DNA of 48,447 nt from a virus, in the IMG/VR virus record IMGVR_UViG_3300012929_000007; one strand, 5' to 3'. The notes beneath the pieces were generated by a model. That model was not told the DNA's origin. It made no database searches and worked only from the letters and a program-made list of their open reading frames with translations. The translations under genes and the position numbers were made by a program. This document shows positions 1-9,539 of this stretch, in pieces. The number at the start of each line of letters is the position of its first letter. Within the stretch, counting starts at the first letter, position 1.

Positions 1-123
1 ACCGGTCGGCAAGAGTTGAATGGTGAGCTGCTGTCTGACGTGGTCGGCGCGATGCTTAGCCATGACGTGTTTGATGCCGATGGCTTTCGGTGGGACGCTG
101 ACTTGCCGGATGACGTGTCTACG
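1..123. repeat. Terminal direct repeat, copy 1 (identical to 48325-48447)
   Basis: Checked base by base. It indicates a circularly closed contig. Confidence 0.95.
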
Positions 124-663
124 GTCACTGTCAATGTCGACCCTGCGGTAACCTCGTCAGCAAAGAGCGACTTCACAGGCATATCGGTTACCGCGTCGGA
201 TGCATCCCGGCGTGAAGGGTTTGTGCTGCATAGCGAGTCCTTTAAGGGTTCGCCAGCACAGGCCATGGAAAAGGTTGCGTTGCTGTATGACGTGCACATG
301 GCTAACTACGTTGTAGCTGAGGTCAATAACGGCGGGGATTACGTCGGCACCGTGCTTAGGCAGATACGCCCCGATATCAAGCTCAAGACTGTCCATGCGT
401 CCGTGGGTAAGCGTGCACGTGCCGAGCCGGTAGCCATGCTGTATGAGCAAGGCCGCATCCATCACGTTGGTAAGCCGACGATGTACGCGGCCTTAGAGGA
501 CCAGTGGACGTCTTGGGTGCCCAAAGGCACCAAGGATGACGAGGGTAACGAGATTGGTAGTGACGAGAGCCCTGACGAAATGGATGCCGTGGTTTGGGGC
601 TTCACTGAACTCATGCTCAAGCGTGGCCGTACTGTTGCAACCTCGCGGACTGTGAGAGGCTAA
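1..663 (+). CDS. Terminase large subunit, C-terminal (nuclease) part; continues the ORF that is open at 47521..48447 across the circular junction
   Basis: Frame 1 is open from base 1, and bases 1-123 duplicate 48325-48447 in the same frame. The joined product is about 488 aa. It sits directly upstream of the portal gene. Confidence 0.85.
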   Translation, partial: TGRQELNGELLSDVVGAMLSHDVFDADGFRWDADLPDDVSTVTVNVDPAVTSSAKSDFTGISVTASDASRREGFVLHSESFKGSPAQAMEKVALLYDVHMANYVVAEVNNGGDYVGTVLRQIRPDIKLKTVHASVGKRARAEPVAMLYEQGRIHHVGKPTMYAALEDQWTSWVPKGTKDDEGNEIGSDESPDEMDAVVWGFTELMLKRGRTVATSRTVRG

Positions 664-667
664 ACGC

Positions 668-2224
668 ATGACGCAACCAACCAATCCGGCGGATCCTGAT
701 GGGGTTGCGCCAGAGAACGAGCCGCTTAGCGGAGCGTTCAACCCCGATGACTACGACTGGCCCAAGCACCTTAAGCGGGCGCTTGATGACCTCAAGCCCA
801 AGGGCTTGCGCATCGACACGTGCTGGCGGTACTACAACAATGACCATCCACGCGTGTGGATGACGGACAACATCCGTGAGCGGTTGGACCAACACCTGAT
901 CACGAACATGTCCGAGAACTGGTGTGATGTGGCTGTTGACGCGCCCATCAAGCGACTTATGTGTGACGGGTTCGTGGACCGGGGCACAAAGGACACACAG
1001 AACGTGCTCATGAGCGATGCCGCGCTCAACGTGTGGAAAGACAACGATCTACGTCTCGGACAGAAGGACGTATACACGGACGCGGGGGTGGCTGGCGAGG
1101 CGTTCTTGTTCGTGTGGAAGGACGACACCAAGAAGACCGGCGTTGACATCACGCGCAAGGACGCACGCAACGTGTGGTGGCCGAAGTATTGCCACCGTGC
1201 CGACCCTGAGCGGGTGGTACTCGTGTGGGCGGACTACGAAGAGGGCATCTGGCGCGCCACGTGCTACTACAAGTACGTGGTTGTTCGGCTTGTCGGCCCC
1301 AAGGTCAAGGACTTGGCCAACGCCATCATGCCGCAAAGCCGTTGGTTCGAAGTAGACCCCGATGAGCCCGGAGGCGAGCACGGGTTCGACAAGGTGCCCG
1401 TTGTTCGGTTCGCGTTCACCTCGGAACGTCGGCCGATCATCGACCGCATCCGCACCATCCAAGACAAGATCAACAAGCTTGCGGCCAACCTCCTTGTCAC
1501 GGCCGAGTTCAACGCGTGGCGCAAGATGGCCATTCTGACTGAGCAGACCATCGATGACGAGACGATCAAGATGCGGCCCAACCGTGTCGCCGTGCTTGAT
1601 CCCGGGGGCGGAGATGGGGGCGCGGCCCCTACGTCCATTTGGGAGGGTAGCGAGACTGATCTGAGCAACTACAGCGATGAGCAAGACAAGCTTATTGACA
1701 AGTTGTTTACCAAGGCCACGCTACCGGGCCACCTCAAAGTCAAGGCGGACAAGGTCGCACCGTCCGGCGCGGCGTATGAAGCCGATGAGGGGCCGTTCAC
1801 CGAGTACGTAGGCGATCTGCAAGACGTATACGGCGAGTCCTGGCATGACATGTTTGAGCTTGCGCTAGGCGTGGACGTCGAGTCCCAATGGCGCGATGCG
1901 CACGTACGTAGTGAGTTCGACGTCGCACAGACAGTCAAGATGTTCGTTGACGCCGGTGTACCGCTCAGCTTGACGCTCAAGTACTGCGCCGGATGGACCG
2001 AAGAGCAGATCGAAGAACTACAGAACGCGCCACTGTCGCCAAAGGAACAACTATCCATGGCGGCAAGTCAGGCGCTCGCGAACGGAACAGCGCTGACAAG
2101 CGACAACCCGCCACCACAGGGTGGGGGCGCACCACCTCAGCCGCCGAATAAGGGTGTGGGACCAACCGGCCCACCGACCAACAAGGACCGAGCCAAAGCG
2201 GCAACCGCACGGCCGACTAGCTGA
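668..2224 (+). CDS. Portal protein
   Basis: 518 aa, immediately after TerL with the junction TAAACGCATG. Size and position are typical, and the C-terminal tail is Pro/Gly-rich. Confidence 0.8.
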   Translation: MTQPTNPADPDGVAPENEPLSGAFNPDDYDWPKHLKRALDDLKPKGLRIDTCWRYYNNDHPRVWMTDNIRERLDQHLITNMSENWCDVAVDAPIKRLMCDGFVDRGTKDTQNVLMSDAALNVWKDNDLRLGQKDVYTDAGVAGEAFLFVWKDDTKKTGVDITRKDARNVWWPKYCHRADPERVVLVWADYEEGIWRATCYYKYVVVRLVGPKVKDLANAIMPQSRWFEVDPDEPGGEHGFDKVPVVRFAFTSERRPIIDRIRTIQDKINKLAANLLVTAEFNAWRKMAILTEQTIDDETIKMRPNRVAVLDPGGGDGGAAPTSIWEGSETDLSNYSDEQDKLIDKLFTKATLPGHLKVKADKVAPSGAAYEADEGPFTEYVGDLQDVYGESWHDMFELALGVDVESQWRDAHVRSEFDVAQTVKMFVDAGVPLSLTLKYCAGWTEEQIEELQNAPLSPKEQLSMAASQALANGTALTSDNPPPQGGGAPPQPPNKGVGPTGPPTNKDRAKAATARPTS

Positions 2225-2243
2225 CACGTGAGAGGTTAGAAGC

Positions 2244-4244
2244 ATGCCTAACGTCTATCACTACCTTGAAGGGCCGTACGCGGTTAGCCAACGCCGGTAC
2301 GACTCGCTTATCGGGGGCGGTCGGCCCGGTTGGTACACGACCCCAACGGCACGCATCCCGGACGGAACCATTCAGGTAGGTGGCATCCCGGCAACGGACG
2401 TCCGTGCGGCTCAGAAGTTCCCGTACCCGCGCCCCAAGGTGTTGCAGAACATCACGAGCATGCAGAGCGGTCACGGATGGACAGCGTCCAACGCGCTCGC
2501 CAACGCCATGAACGACAATACGGCCTTTGTGATCGGCGCACAGAGCGCGTACATCACGAGCAAGACCGACACGACAGCCGCCACGATTACGAGTGGCACG
2601 CTGGCGCTGGACATGAGCGCTACCAAGACGATTCGGCTACTCGTCATGGTTACCGGCGGAGACAACATCCAAGGCATGAGCCTTTACGCCACATCGGACA
2701 ACTTCGCAGCCAACTACTCGTTCAGCAACATTCAGAACGTGGTAGCCGACCCGTCCGTGCGTTGGCTCAAGGATGGTGAGTGGAAGTGGGTCACTGTCAA
2801 CATGGCGTCAAGCGCCAGTGCGACAGGTGGCGTGACTGGCAAGCCTAACTACGCGGCGATTGACCACCTCCGCATTCGGCTAACGACCACAACCGGCACG
2901 AGCGCAACCGTCCACCTACAGGCTGTGCAGGTGGTGGAGCGGCGTTCGTTCGCGTCCGGCGGCATCGTGTGCTTCACGTATGACGACAGCTACCGGGCGC
3001 AATACACGCTCGCGAAGGTCCATCTCGACAAGTGGGGCTTTCCGGCAACGGCGTTCACCATCAAGAGCAACGTCACCGATGGGGACGGTGGCAATACGGC
3101 GTGGATGACGACGCAGATGCTCAAGGATCTCCGGTCGTACAGTCGGTGGGAGATTGCGCTTCACTGCAACACGCTAGCCAATCACGCTCGGGCGTTCTCC
3201 GGCGCAACGAACGGTGCAACCGGGACGGTGTACGGCACCAATCCACTTAGCGCCGTCGAACTGGACGATGACATCTCGCGTGAGGAGGACTGGCTTACGG
3301 CCAACAGTCTCACGGATGGGTTCTTCGGTCACTGCTACCCACAGGGCCGATTCCTGACTGCTACGCGAGACCTCATGGCGCGCCGGGTGGCATACGCGCG
3401 GGCCATGACCGCTAACAGCAACGGGTGTGAGACGGTACCTCCGGCCGACCCGTACGCCATCCGTTGCTACACGCTGGATAACAACAGCAACATCGCCACG
3501 CTACAGGCCATCGTGGACAGCGTTGCGCTGCATGGTGGCATGGCGGTCTTCTGCTGTCACGACCTGGTCACCACGCCCACGCTGTCCACGCAGTTCAAGA
3601 CGGCCGATCATGCCACCTTGGTTGACTACGTGGCTGGTAAAGCGGGGTTGCGTGTGATGACGCTCGGAGACGTCATGCGGACGCTTACGGCGCAAGACAC
3701 GTCGGTCCTTGATACGTCCGATGTGCTCGCTGTTGGTGAGGCTGTCGCGGACCGGCGGTTTGTAGCCAACAGTGGCAACACGCAGACGTCAGGACTGTTG
3801 CAGCTCACGTACTTCACGGCCAAGAAGACCGAGGTCATCAACAACCTGACGATGTATACGAGTGGCACGCTCGGCGCGGTGTTGACGCTGGTCAAGATGG
3901 GCGTGTATTCGGTTGCGTCGAACGGTGACTTGACGTTGGTGGCGTCAACGGCCAGCGACACGACGCTGTTCAACGCAGCGAACACCAAATACACAGCGGC
4001 GTTGTCTGCGGCGTGGACCAAGCAGGCGGGTCAGCGGTATGCGGTTGGCCCGCTCGTTGTCGGAACCACCATGCCGACGTTCTACGCCATCAACCTGTCT
4101 GGTGCGTCCATCATCGACGGTGTGTTTGCGGCTGAGCCTAAAGTCGGAGCTGCGTTGAGCAGCCAAAGCGACTTGCCGTCGACCATTGCCAGCGGGTCAT
4201 TGGCGCTGAGTCGCCGTGTGCCCTACATGGAGATGACCCCGTAA
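2244..4244 (+). CDS. Polysaccharide deacetylase (NodB-like) domain protein, 666 aa, probably virion-associated
   Basis: RBS GAGAGG precedes the ATG. The central segment IVCFTYDDSYRAQYTLAKVHLDKWGFPATAFTI...WEIALHCNTLANH resembles the (T/F)xDD and His motifs of carbohydrate esterase family 4. Confidence 0.55.
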   Translation: MPNVYHYLEGPYAVSQRRYDSLIGGGRPGWYTTPTARIPDGTIQVGGIPATDVRAAQKFPYPRPKVLQNITSMQSGHGWTASNALANAMNDNTAFVIGAQSAYITSKTDTTAATITSGTLALDMSATKTIRLLVMVTGGDNIQGMSLYATSDNFAANYSFSNIQNVVADPSVRWLKDGEWKWVTVNMASSASATGGVTGKPNYAAIDHLRIRLTTTTGTSATVHLQAVQVVERRSFASGGIVCFTYDDSYRAQYTLAKVHLDKWGFPATAFTIKSNVTDGDGGNTAWMTTQMLKDLRSYSRWEIALHCNTLANHARAFSGATNGATGTVYGTNPLSAVELDDDISREEDWLTANSLTDGFFGHCYPQGRFLTATRDLMARRVAYARAMTANSNGCETVPPADPYAIRCYTLDNNSNIATLQAIVDSVALHGGMAVFCCHDLVTTPTLSTQFKTADHATLVDYVAGKAGLRVMTLGDVMRTLTAQDTSVLDTSDVLAVGEAVADRRFVANSGNTQTSGLLQLTYFTAKKTEVINNLTMYTSGTLGAVLTLVKMGVYSVASNGDLTLVASTASDTTLFNAANTKYTAALSAAWTKQAGQRYAVGPLVVGTTMPTFYAINLSGASIIDGVFAAEPKVGAALSSQSDLPSTIASGSLALSRRVPYMEMTP

Positions 4245-4246
4245 CG

Positions 4247-5203
4247 ATGGACGTAACGCCGTTGCTCAAGGCGGAGGATGATCTACTAGCTATCGAGTTG
4301 GACACGTCCGACAAGGTAGCCAGCATCCTCCGCCCGGTGTTCGCGCGCATCCTGGCGGAGATCACGGCGCTATGGCCAGGCGACGACGCGAGCCAAGACG
4401 CCAAGACCCGAGCGCTCGCAAGTGTGCGTTTAAACAGACTGCAACCCCTCATGGCCTTGGTCCGGTCCACCATCAAGCAGGGCGCTCGGGAAGCCCTGGC
4501 GCACGGGTTGCGTGCCGCACAGGATGAGGCGCTTGCCGCTGGCGCACGGGCCATGTTGCCGCCGTCCGGGTACCACCTCAGCGCGGCCCTGCATGGGCGT
4601 GTTGACAAGCTTGAACAAGACATGCGCGAAAGCGTAGCCAATAGCAGCGTGCTGCTCGGGCATGTTGACACGCTTACGGACGTCCACATCGCACTAGCGG
4701 TTGCACAGCAAGGTATCAACAAGTCAGAGATGGTCGCGCGATACGTGACCAACGAGGCGAGCAACGACGCGCTTACGACCGTATCGCGAGCCACTGATGA
4801 GCTGGTGTCAGTGTGGCATGCCGAGCGTGACGCGTGTCTTGACTGCCTCGCGTACCAAGGCGAGATTGACACCGGTGAAGGTTATCCCGAGGGCTTGACG
4901 TTCGCGGATAAGCCGATATCGCGCGGCCCGGTTGAGTCACCACCGTTACACCCCAACTGCCGATGTAGTCAGTGGCTCGTGCACAAGGATGTTGCCGAAC
5001 CCCTTGCCGAATCGCTTAAGCGCGAGGCTGAGCGGTCGGTGTTGCGCGGCTGGTCATTGCCAAGTGAATCGAACAACGCTCGTGTTGCTGCCGCTAATAG
5101 GTTGCTTAATCGAGGTACTGACCTGCCTAAGTCAGTTCGTGAGTACGCGCAACGTGCGGTCAAACACGGAACCTTCATGCGTGGACGCAGACCACCGACA
5201 TAG
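4247..5203 (+). CDS. MuF-like head morphogenesis / minor capsid protein (SPP1 gp7 family)
   Basis: Carries the C-terminal HPNCRC motif and lies downstream of the portal region. Confidence 0.75.
   Translation: MDVTPLLKAEDDLLAIELDTSDKVASILRPVFARILAEITALWPGDDASQDAKTRALASVRLNRLQPLMALVRSTIKQGAREALAHGLRAAQDEALAAGARAMLPPSGYHLSAALHGRVDKLEQDMRESVANSSVLLGHVDTLTDVHIALAVAQQGINKSEMVARYVTNEASNDALTTVSRATDELVSVWHAERDACLDCLAYQGEIDTGEGYPEGLTFADKPISRGPVESPPLHPNCRCSQWLVHKDVAEPLAESLKREAERSVLRGWSLPSESNNARVAAANRLLNRGTDLPKSVREYAQRAVKHGTFMRGRRPPT
4427..4436. repeat. YGTTTAAACR copy 1
   Basis: cGTTTAAACa inside the MuF-like gene, read as R-L-N. Confidence 0.95.
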
Positions 5204-5285
5204 CGACAACGGCGCATGTCTGCTAGATTGACGGACATGCGCGGGACGCGCACCGGGAGGGATTCCCGTATGAAAGGACAACTCA

Positions 5286-5834
5286 ATGAGTGGCGACACC
5301 ACGGGCGACAAGGGCACTGGTGCGACGGACGGGACGTCCGGCAAGCCAGACGACAAGGCCACTACGGACGCAACCACCGACGCTACCGGCGCAACCGGTA
5401 AGCCCGGAGACGCGGACACGAAGGACAATGACGTCACCGGGTTGCGTAACACCGTCAAGGCGTTGCGCAAGGAACGTGACGACATGGCCAAGGCTCAGCG
5501 GGATGCTGAGCTTGCCAAGCTGCCCGAACTAGAGCGCGCACAGTCGGAAGCCATCGCCTTGAAGGCTGAGAACGAGAAGCTTGCGACCGAGAACATGCGC
5601 TACCAAGTCGCCATGAAGCTTGGACTCCCGTGGACCATCGGCAAGCGCCTTACCGGCGACACCGTTGAAGAGATGGAAGCCGATGGCGCAGAGTTGGCCA
5701 AGAGCTACAAGATCGATGACAAGCGACTCATCGATGACACGGCGAACAAGCGGCCCCGTAACGACGCAAAACGTGACGGCGGGACCGGCAAACCCGACAT
5801 GAACGCCCTACTGCGCGCGATGCGTAACGGGTAA
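5286..5834 (+). CDS. Capsid scaffolding protein
   Basis: 182 aa, acidic and coiled-coil-rich (AELAKLPELERAQSEAIALKAENEKLATEN). It lies immediately upstream of the major capsid gene and has RBS GAAAGGA. Confidence 0.65.
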   Translation: MSGDTTGDKGTGATDGTSGKPDDKATTDATTDATGATGKPGDADTKDNDVTGLRNTVKALRKERDDMAKAQRDAELAKLPELERAQSEAIALKAENEKLATENMRYQVAMKLGLPWTIGKRLTGDTVEEMEADGAELAKSYKIDDKRLIDDTANKRPRNDAKRDGGTGKPDMNALLRAMRNG

Positions 5835-5853
5835 CGGAAAGGTAGCGTCCCGC

Positions 5854-6819
5854 ATGGCCGTCATCTCACGCGCGGAAGCAATCGCGCTCATCTCCGAGCA
5901 GAACATGGGCGAACTCTGGCAGGACGTCATCAAGCAGTCCCTTGCCATGCAGACGTTCCGGCACGTCCAGATGACCAAGAAGCAAATGAAGGTGCGCGTT
6001 CTCGACGCCCTTCCGGCCGCGCCGGGTGGCGGTGCGTGGATCGACGGCGACATGGGCACCAAGCCCACCCTGTCCATGGCGTGGGCCAACAAGTGGCTTG
6101 AGGCCGAGGAAATCGCGGGCATCGTCCCCATCCCGGAGAACGTTCTCGATGACGCGGACATGGACATTTGGGCGGAGGTTCGGCCGCGCATCGCCGAGTA
6201 CGTCGGCTACCACCTGGACAGCGCCGTGTTCCTGGGGATCAACGCGCCCGCGTCGTTCGGCGATGACCTCTACACCGGGGCCGTCAACGCGGGCAACGTG
6301 ATGGACCTGAGCAACTACATCGCGCTCGGCACGCAGGGTCAGGGCTACGACATCGCGGGCGCGTTCTCCGAGACGATCGGCCTCGTGGAAGACGACGGGT
6401 TCGCGGCGAATACCATCTGGACCAAGCGGGCTATCCGTCGCCGGATGATGAACCTGCGTGACGCCAACGGCGAGCCCATCTACTCGACCGACTTCAAGCA
6501 GAGTGGACAGACGTCGGTCGCGCAGATCTGGGGCGTGGAAACGTACCTCGCGGAGAACGCCGCGCTCAACCAGAACGCCAACCTGCACGCCATCATCGGC
6601 GATCGGTCGCGTGCCGTGCTCGGCATCCGGCAGGACATCGAGTTCAAGTTCCTCGACCAGGCCACCCTCACGGACGGCGCTGGCAAGGTCATCATGTCCT
6701 TGGCCGAACAGGACATGATCGCGCTGCGGTTCAAGATGCGCGCCGGGTTCACCGTGGCTGACCCGATCACCTGGGAGGGTGGCGCGGCGGGTTACCCGTT
6801 CGCCGTTCTCGTCGCGTAA
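5854..6819 (+). CDS. Major capsid protein (HK97-fold type)
   Basis: 321 aa, positioned after the scaffold gene and followed by a hairpin. The composition is typical of a capsid protein. Confidence 0.75.
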   Translation: MAVISRAEAIALISEQNMGELWQDVIKQSLAMQTFRHVQMTKKQMKVRVLDALPAAPGGGAWIDGDMGTKPTLSMAWANKWLEAEEIAGIVPIPENVLDDADMDIWAEVRPRIAEYVGYHLDSAVFLGINAPASFGDDLYTGAVNAGNVMDLSNYIALGTQGQGYDIAGAFSETIGLVEDDGFAANTIWTKRAIRRRMMNLRDANGEPIYSTDFKQSGQTSVAQIWGVETYLAENAALNQNANLHAIIGDRSRAVLGIRQDIEFKFLDQATLTDGAGKVIMSLAEQDMIALRFKMRAGFTVADPITWEGGAAGYPFAVLVA

Positions 6820-6842
6820 CACGCACACTTGCCAGGGACGAC

Positions 6843-6863
6843 GCGCGGTCTATAGGGCCGCGC
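6843..6863 (+). terminator. Hairpin downstream of the capsid gene (GCGCGG-N9-CCGCGC), possible attenuator
   Basis: 6-bp GC stem seen directly in the sequence. There is no clear U-tract. Confidence 0.3.
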
Positions 6864-6894
6864 CTCAACCCCTAACAGAGATGAGAATCAAGGC

Positions 6895-7266
6895 ATGGCA
6901 AAGAAGGTTCGACTTACCAACGTGTTCCGTACGGTCAAGGTCAAGGGTGCGAGCACAGGTAACCTCGCGGTAGCAACGGCGCTGGTCAACGGGCTCAGCC
7001 ACGACGGAGTCACGTACGCGACTGGGGACCGCATCCTCCTCAAGGCGCAGACCACGGCGGCCGAGAACGGCATCTACACCATCGTTGCGTCCGGCGCGGC
7101 CCCACGCACGGCGGATTGGGCGGCCGGTATCTCGGTGGTCGGCTACGCCGCGCGTGTCTACAACGGAACCACGCTCGCCAACACGGTTTGGGCCGTGTAC
7201 GCGGAACCCGCCGTTGTCGGCACTGACGACCCCCAGTTCATCAAGCACGAACGCATGGGGGCGTAA
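6895..7266 (+). CDS. Hypothetical head-module protein
   Basis: 123 aa with RBS-like AAGG before the ATG and a protein-like composition. Confidence 0.5.
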   Translation: MAKKVRLTNVFRTVKVKGASTGNLAVATALVNGLSHDGVTYATGDRILLKAQTTAAENGIYTIVASGAAPRTADWAAGISVVGYAARVYNGTTLANTVWAVYAEPAVVGTDDPQFIKHERMGA

Positions 7267-7272
7267 TCGACC

Positions 7273-7530
7273 ATGGCCAGCGGCGTTCAGATCGACAAGA
7301 AGCGCGTCAAGGAGAACCCGACCGAAGAACTCATCACCCCGCACGGGGCTGAGATCACGGTCACTCCGTCGCGCGCACGTGACCTTCTCGCACGTCCCCC
7401 GCTTCGTTTCAACGACCAGGTTGAGCGTCGGTACGTTCGCGCCGGAGAGGACCCCACGGTTACAACGGAAGCGGTCAGCAAGGCCGCGCCACCCCGTACC
7501 GGTACCCGCGCGAACACCGAGGAGAGCTGA
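7273..7530 (+). CDS. Hypothetical protein
   Basis: 85 aa, tightly packed between its neighbours. Confidence 0.4.
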   Translation: MASGVQIDKKRVKENPTEELITPHGAEITVTPSRARDLLARPPLRFNDQVERRYVRAGEDPTVTTEAVSKAAPPRTGTRANTEES

Positions 7531-7531
7531 C

Positions 7532-7861
7532 ATGGCACGCGGAGCGATTCCGATCACGGTCTCGACCACCAAGGGCACGGTGCTTGCTACTCCTGTGGCA
7601 GGCGACCCCGTGAACTTCCACTACCTTCAGAATGACGGCACGGTACGCGTGCACGTCAAGAATACCAACTCCGGCAGCACGGCGCGTACGGTCACGATCA
7701 AGATCGCACAAACCGTGGACCAGCAGGCCGTGACCGACTTCACCGAGGCCATCGCGGCGGGGGTCACGCAGGTGTACGGCCCGTTCCCTGTCGCCATCTA
7801 CGGCACGCAGGTCAACATCAATGTGGACAACGCCGAACTAACCCTCGTGGCTGTCCAGTAA
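7532..7861 (+). CDS. Hypothetical structural protein (internal start of track ORF 7085..7861)
   Basis: The ATG at 7532 follows the stop of 7273..7530 by 1 nt. The upstream 150 codons of the long ORF are Arg/Pro/Ser-rich and overlap two better ORFs. Confidence 0.5.
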   Translation: MARGAIPITVSTTKGTVLATPVAGDPVNFHYLQNDGTVRVHVKNTNSGSTARTVTIKIAQTVDQQAVTDFTEAIAAGVTQVYGPFPVAIYGTQVNINVDNAELTLVAVQ

Positions 7862-7907
7862 CCTGCACGTCGGCGCTTCCTGGGGTGGGAGAAAGGGCGG
7901 GGCAAGT

Positions 7908-8483
7908 ATGACGGACATCGATCTGACACTGTCGCCATGGGATCGGTTGGCCAAGCTTGCCCCGCCCGGTACCAACGTTGTCGACTTGCAAGAAGCGGCT
8001 TCCCGATGGTCACTTACGGCGGACGTGTACGCGGCGGCTGCGGACATCTGGGAAGACAAGCTCATGACCATCGACAACGCGCCGGACGTCAACACGCAAG
8101 ACCCGAGCGACCTAGCCACCATGGGGGGTATCTCGCGCGTTCGGCAAGACGGCATCCTCATCGACTTCGCAGTGTCCGCGACGTTCGGCAACACGCAAGC
8201 GGCGCGTCGGTCACAGTCGATACAGATAAAGACCATCATCCGGCGGCTACGAGCCAAGGCAAAGCCCCACTCGCCGCTCGTGCACAGCCAGCGTTACAAC
8301 CCGTGGCGCAACATGCCCCGCTGCATGTGCTTCTGTCACAACGCCAACGGCGTACCCAACACGTCGTTCAACTGCGATGATGACGGGTACTCGTGGACAA
8401 CGGACAGTGGGTCGGTCTACGGCCCCGACACGCAATGTAGTTGCACGTGCGGGCAGTTCATCATCATCGACAACGGCGAGTGA
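7908..8483 (+). CDS. Head-tail connector/adaptor protein (putative)
   Basis: 191 aa with RBS GGGAGAAAGGG. The call rests on position in the head-tail joining module. Confidence 0.45.
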   Translation: MTDIDLTLSPWDRLAKLAPPGTNVVDLQEAASRWSLTADVYAAAADIWEDKLMTIDNAPDVNTQDPSDLATMGGISRVRQDGILIDFAVSATFGNTQAARRSQSIQIKTIIRRLRAKAKPHSPLVHSQRYNPWRNMPRCMCFCHNANGVPNTSFNCDDDGYSWTTDSGSVYGPDTQCSCTCGQFIIIDNGE

Positions 8484-8487
8484 CACC

Positions 8488-8862
8488 GTGTCGATCCCTA
8501 TTGCACTTACCACGATCACCATCAAAGGGCATCGGCCGCAACTAGCCATGGACCCCGGTGCGGCAGGGTACGACGGTCCGGCCCCGCAACTCGCCGTGCT
8601 GGCCACGGAGGTTCGCGCGTGCATAAGCCAGCCGAGCGAGACGCGTAACACTGATGGTGCCGACGAGGTCAACGATTACAGCCTCATGTGTGACCCCGTG
8701 GCTGTTGGGCTCACGCAGTACGACTACGTGATTGACGAGATGACGGGGGTTACGTATGAAGTGCGCAAGGCGTCAAAGAGTGTCCCTGTTGCGTTTGGCT
8801 TGCAACATCTGAAAGCCACGATACGCGAGGCGAAGGGACTTATTGATGAGTCCGTTGCCTGA
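8488..8862 (+). CDS. Head-tail joining protein (putative)
   Basis: GTG start 5 nt after the preceding stop. The call is positional. Confidence 0.4.
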   Translation: MSIPIALTTITIKGHRPQLAMDPGAAGYDGPAPQLAVLATEVRACISQPSETRNTDGADEVNDYSLMCDPVAVGLTQYDYVIDEMTGVTYEVRKASKSVPVAFGLQHLKATIREAKGLIDESVA

Positions 8863-9247
8863 TAGCGAAGGTGCCTTGAGAGGGTGGCTACGCGCGCAAT
8901 CCGACGTTGTTGCCCTCTGTGCACAGCGGCAGTATTTCGAGATGCCCAAACAGGACCGTCCAGGAATGCCGTTCTTGCTGCATTACCGTATCGGCGGAAG
9001 GCCCGATGAGCTGGGGCAGGATTACCCGGATTTTATCATTGAGGCTTGGGGAGGTACCAAATTCGAGGCGTGCGAGCTTGCACGTGTCGTGGTTGCCGGT
9101 ATTAACGACATAGCGGCCCCGGTACACATCGGAGATGCGTGGGTTATGGGCGGTAGTGTCAATCTTGGCCCGGTGCCGACGTCTGGCACAGCGTGGGGCA
9201 AGCGCTATCGCATCGATACGTCTTTCCATATACGATCAGCACTGTAA
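8846..9247 (+). CDS. Head-tail joining / tail completion protein (putative)
   Basis: The ATG at 8846 overlaps the end of the upstream gene. 133 aa. Confidence 0.45.
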   Translation: MSPLPDSEGALRGWLRAQSDVVALCAQRQYFEMPKQDRPGMPFLLHYRIGGRPDELGQDYPDFIIEAWGGTKFEACELARVVVAGINDIAAPVHIGDAWVMGGSVNLGPVPTSGTAWGKRYRIDTSFHIRSAL

Positions 9248-9291
9248 GCCCATGGCGGGTTACAGGTTTGGCCCGCACGGCGCGGAAGGAA

Positions 9292-9301
9292 CGTTTAAAC
9301 G
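9292..9301. repeat. YGTTTAAACR copy 2
   Basis: cGTTTAAACg directly abutting the ATG of 9302..9538. Confidence 0.95.
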
Positions 9302-9538
9302 ATGACTGAGCCCACCAAGGCCGCTCCGGCACCGGTCGCCAAGAAGGCCACCACGGTAACGGACACGGTGCACGTCAGGACCACCGCCTTCAACGTCACT
9401 CCCCAGCACGCGGAGGAGGCCGAGGAGATGTTCCGGGCGTTGCACGAGGGTGAGAACCTGACCGACGTCAAGACACTCGGCGTGACGCATGACATCGGCA
9501 ACGGCGTGACCTACGAGTTCACGGCGACCGTCAAGTAA
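9302..9538 (+). CDS. Hypothetical protein
   Basis: 78 aa. The ATG is directly preceded by CGTTTAAACG, with GGAAGGAA further upstream. Confidence 0.5.
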   Translation: MTEPTKAAPAPVAKKATTVTDTVHVRTTAFNVTPQHAEEAEEMFRALHEGENLTDVKTLGVTHDIGNGVTYEFTATVK

Positions 9539-9539
9539 C

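Noticed and set aside
1-123. The terminal repeat as a biological direct terminal repeat or cos region
   Set aside because: It lies in the middle of the terminase large subunit coding sequence with a continuous frame, which points to an assembly overlap of a circular or circularly permuted genome.
5212-5242. 9-bp inverted repeat GCGCATGTC-N13-GACATGCGC between MuF and the scaffold gene, with TTGACG in the loop
   Set aside because: It is a real hairpin, but no matching -10 box or U-tract is present. I could not support either a promoter or a terminator call.
5866-6828. 320-aa minus-strand ORF covering the whole major capsid gene
   Set aside because: It is a typical high-GC antisense shadow ORF. 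The translation is Arg/Gly/His/Pro-rich and low in complexity, there is no RBS, and the plus-strand frame gives a coherent capsid-like protein in a conserved head-module context.
7085-7861. 258-aa ORF as given in the track
   Set aside because: The first roughly 150 codons overlap two better ORFs (6895..7266, 7273..7530) and are Arg/Pro/Ser/Thr-rich. The internal ATG at 7532, 1 nt after the upstream stop, is preferred.
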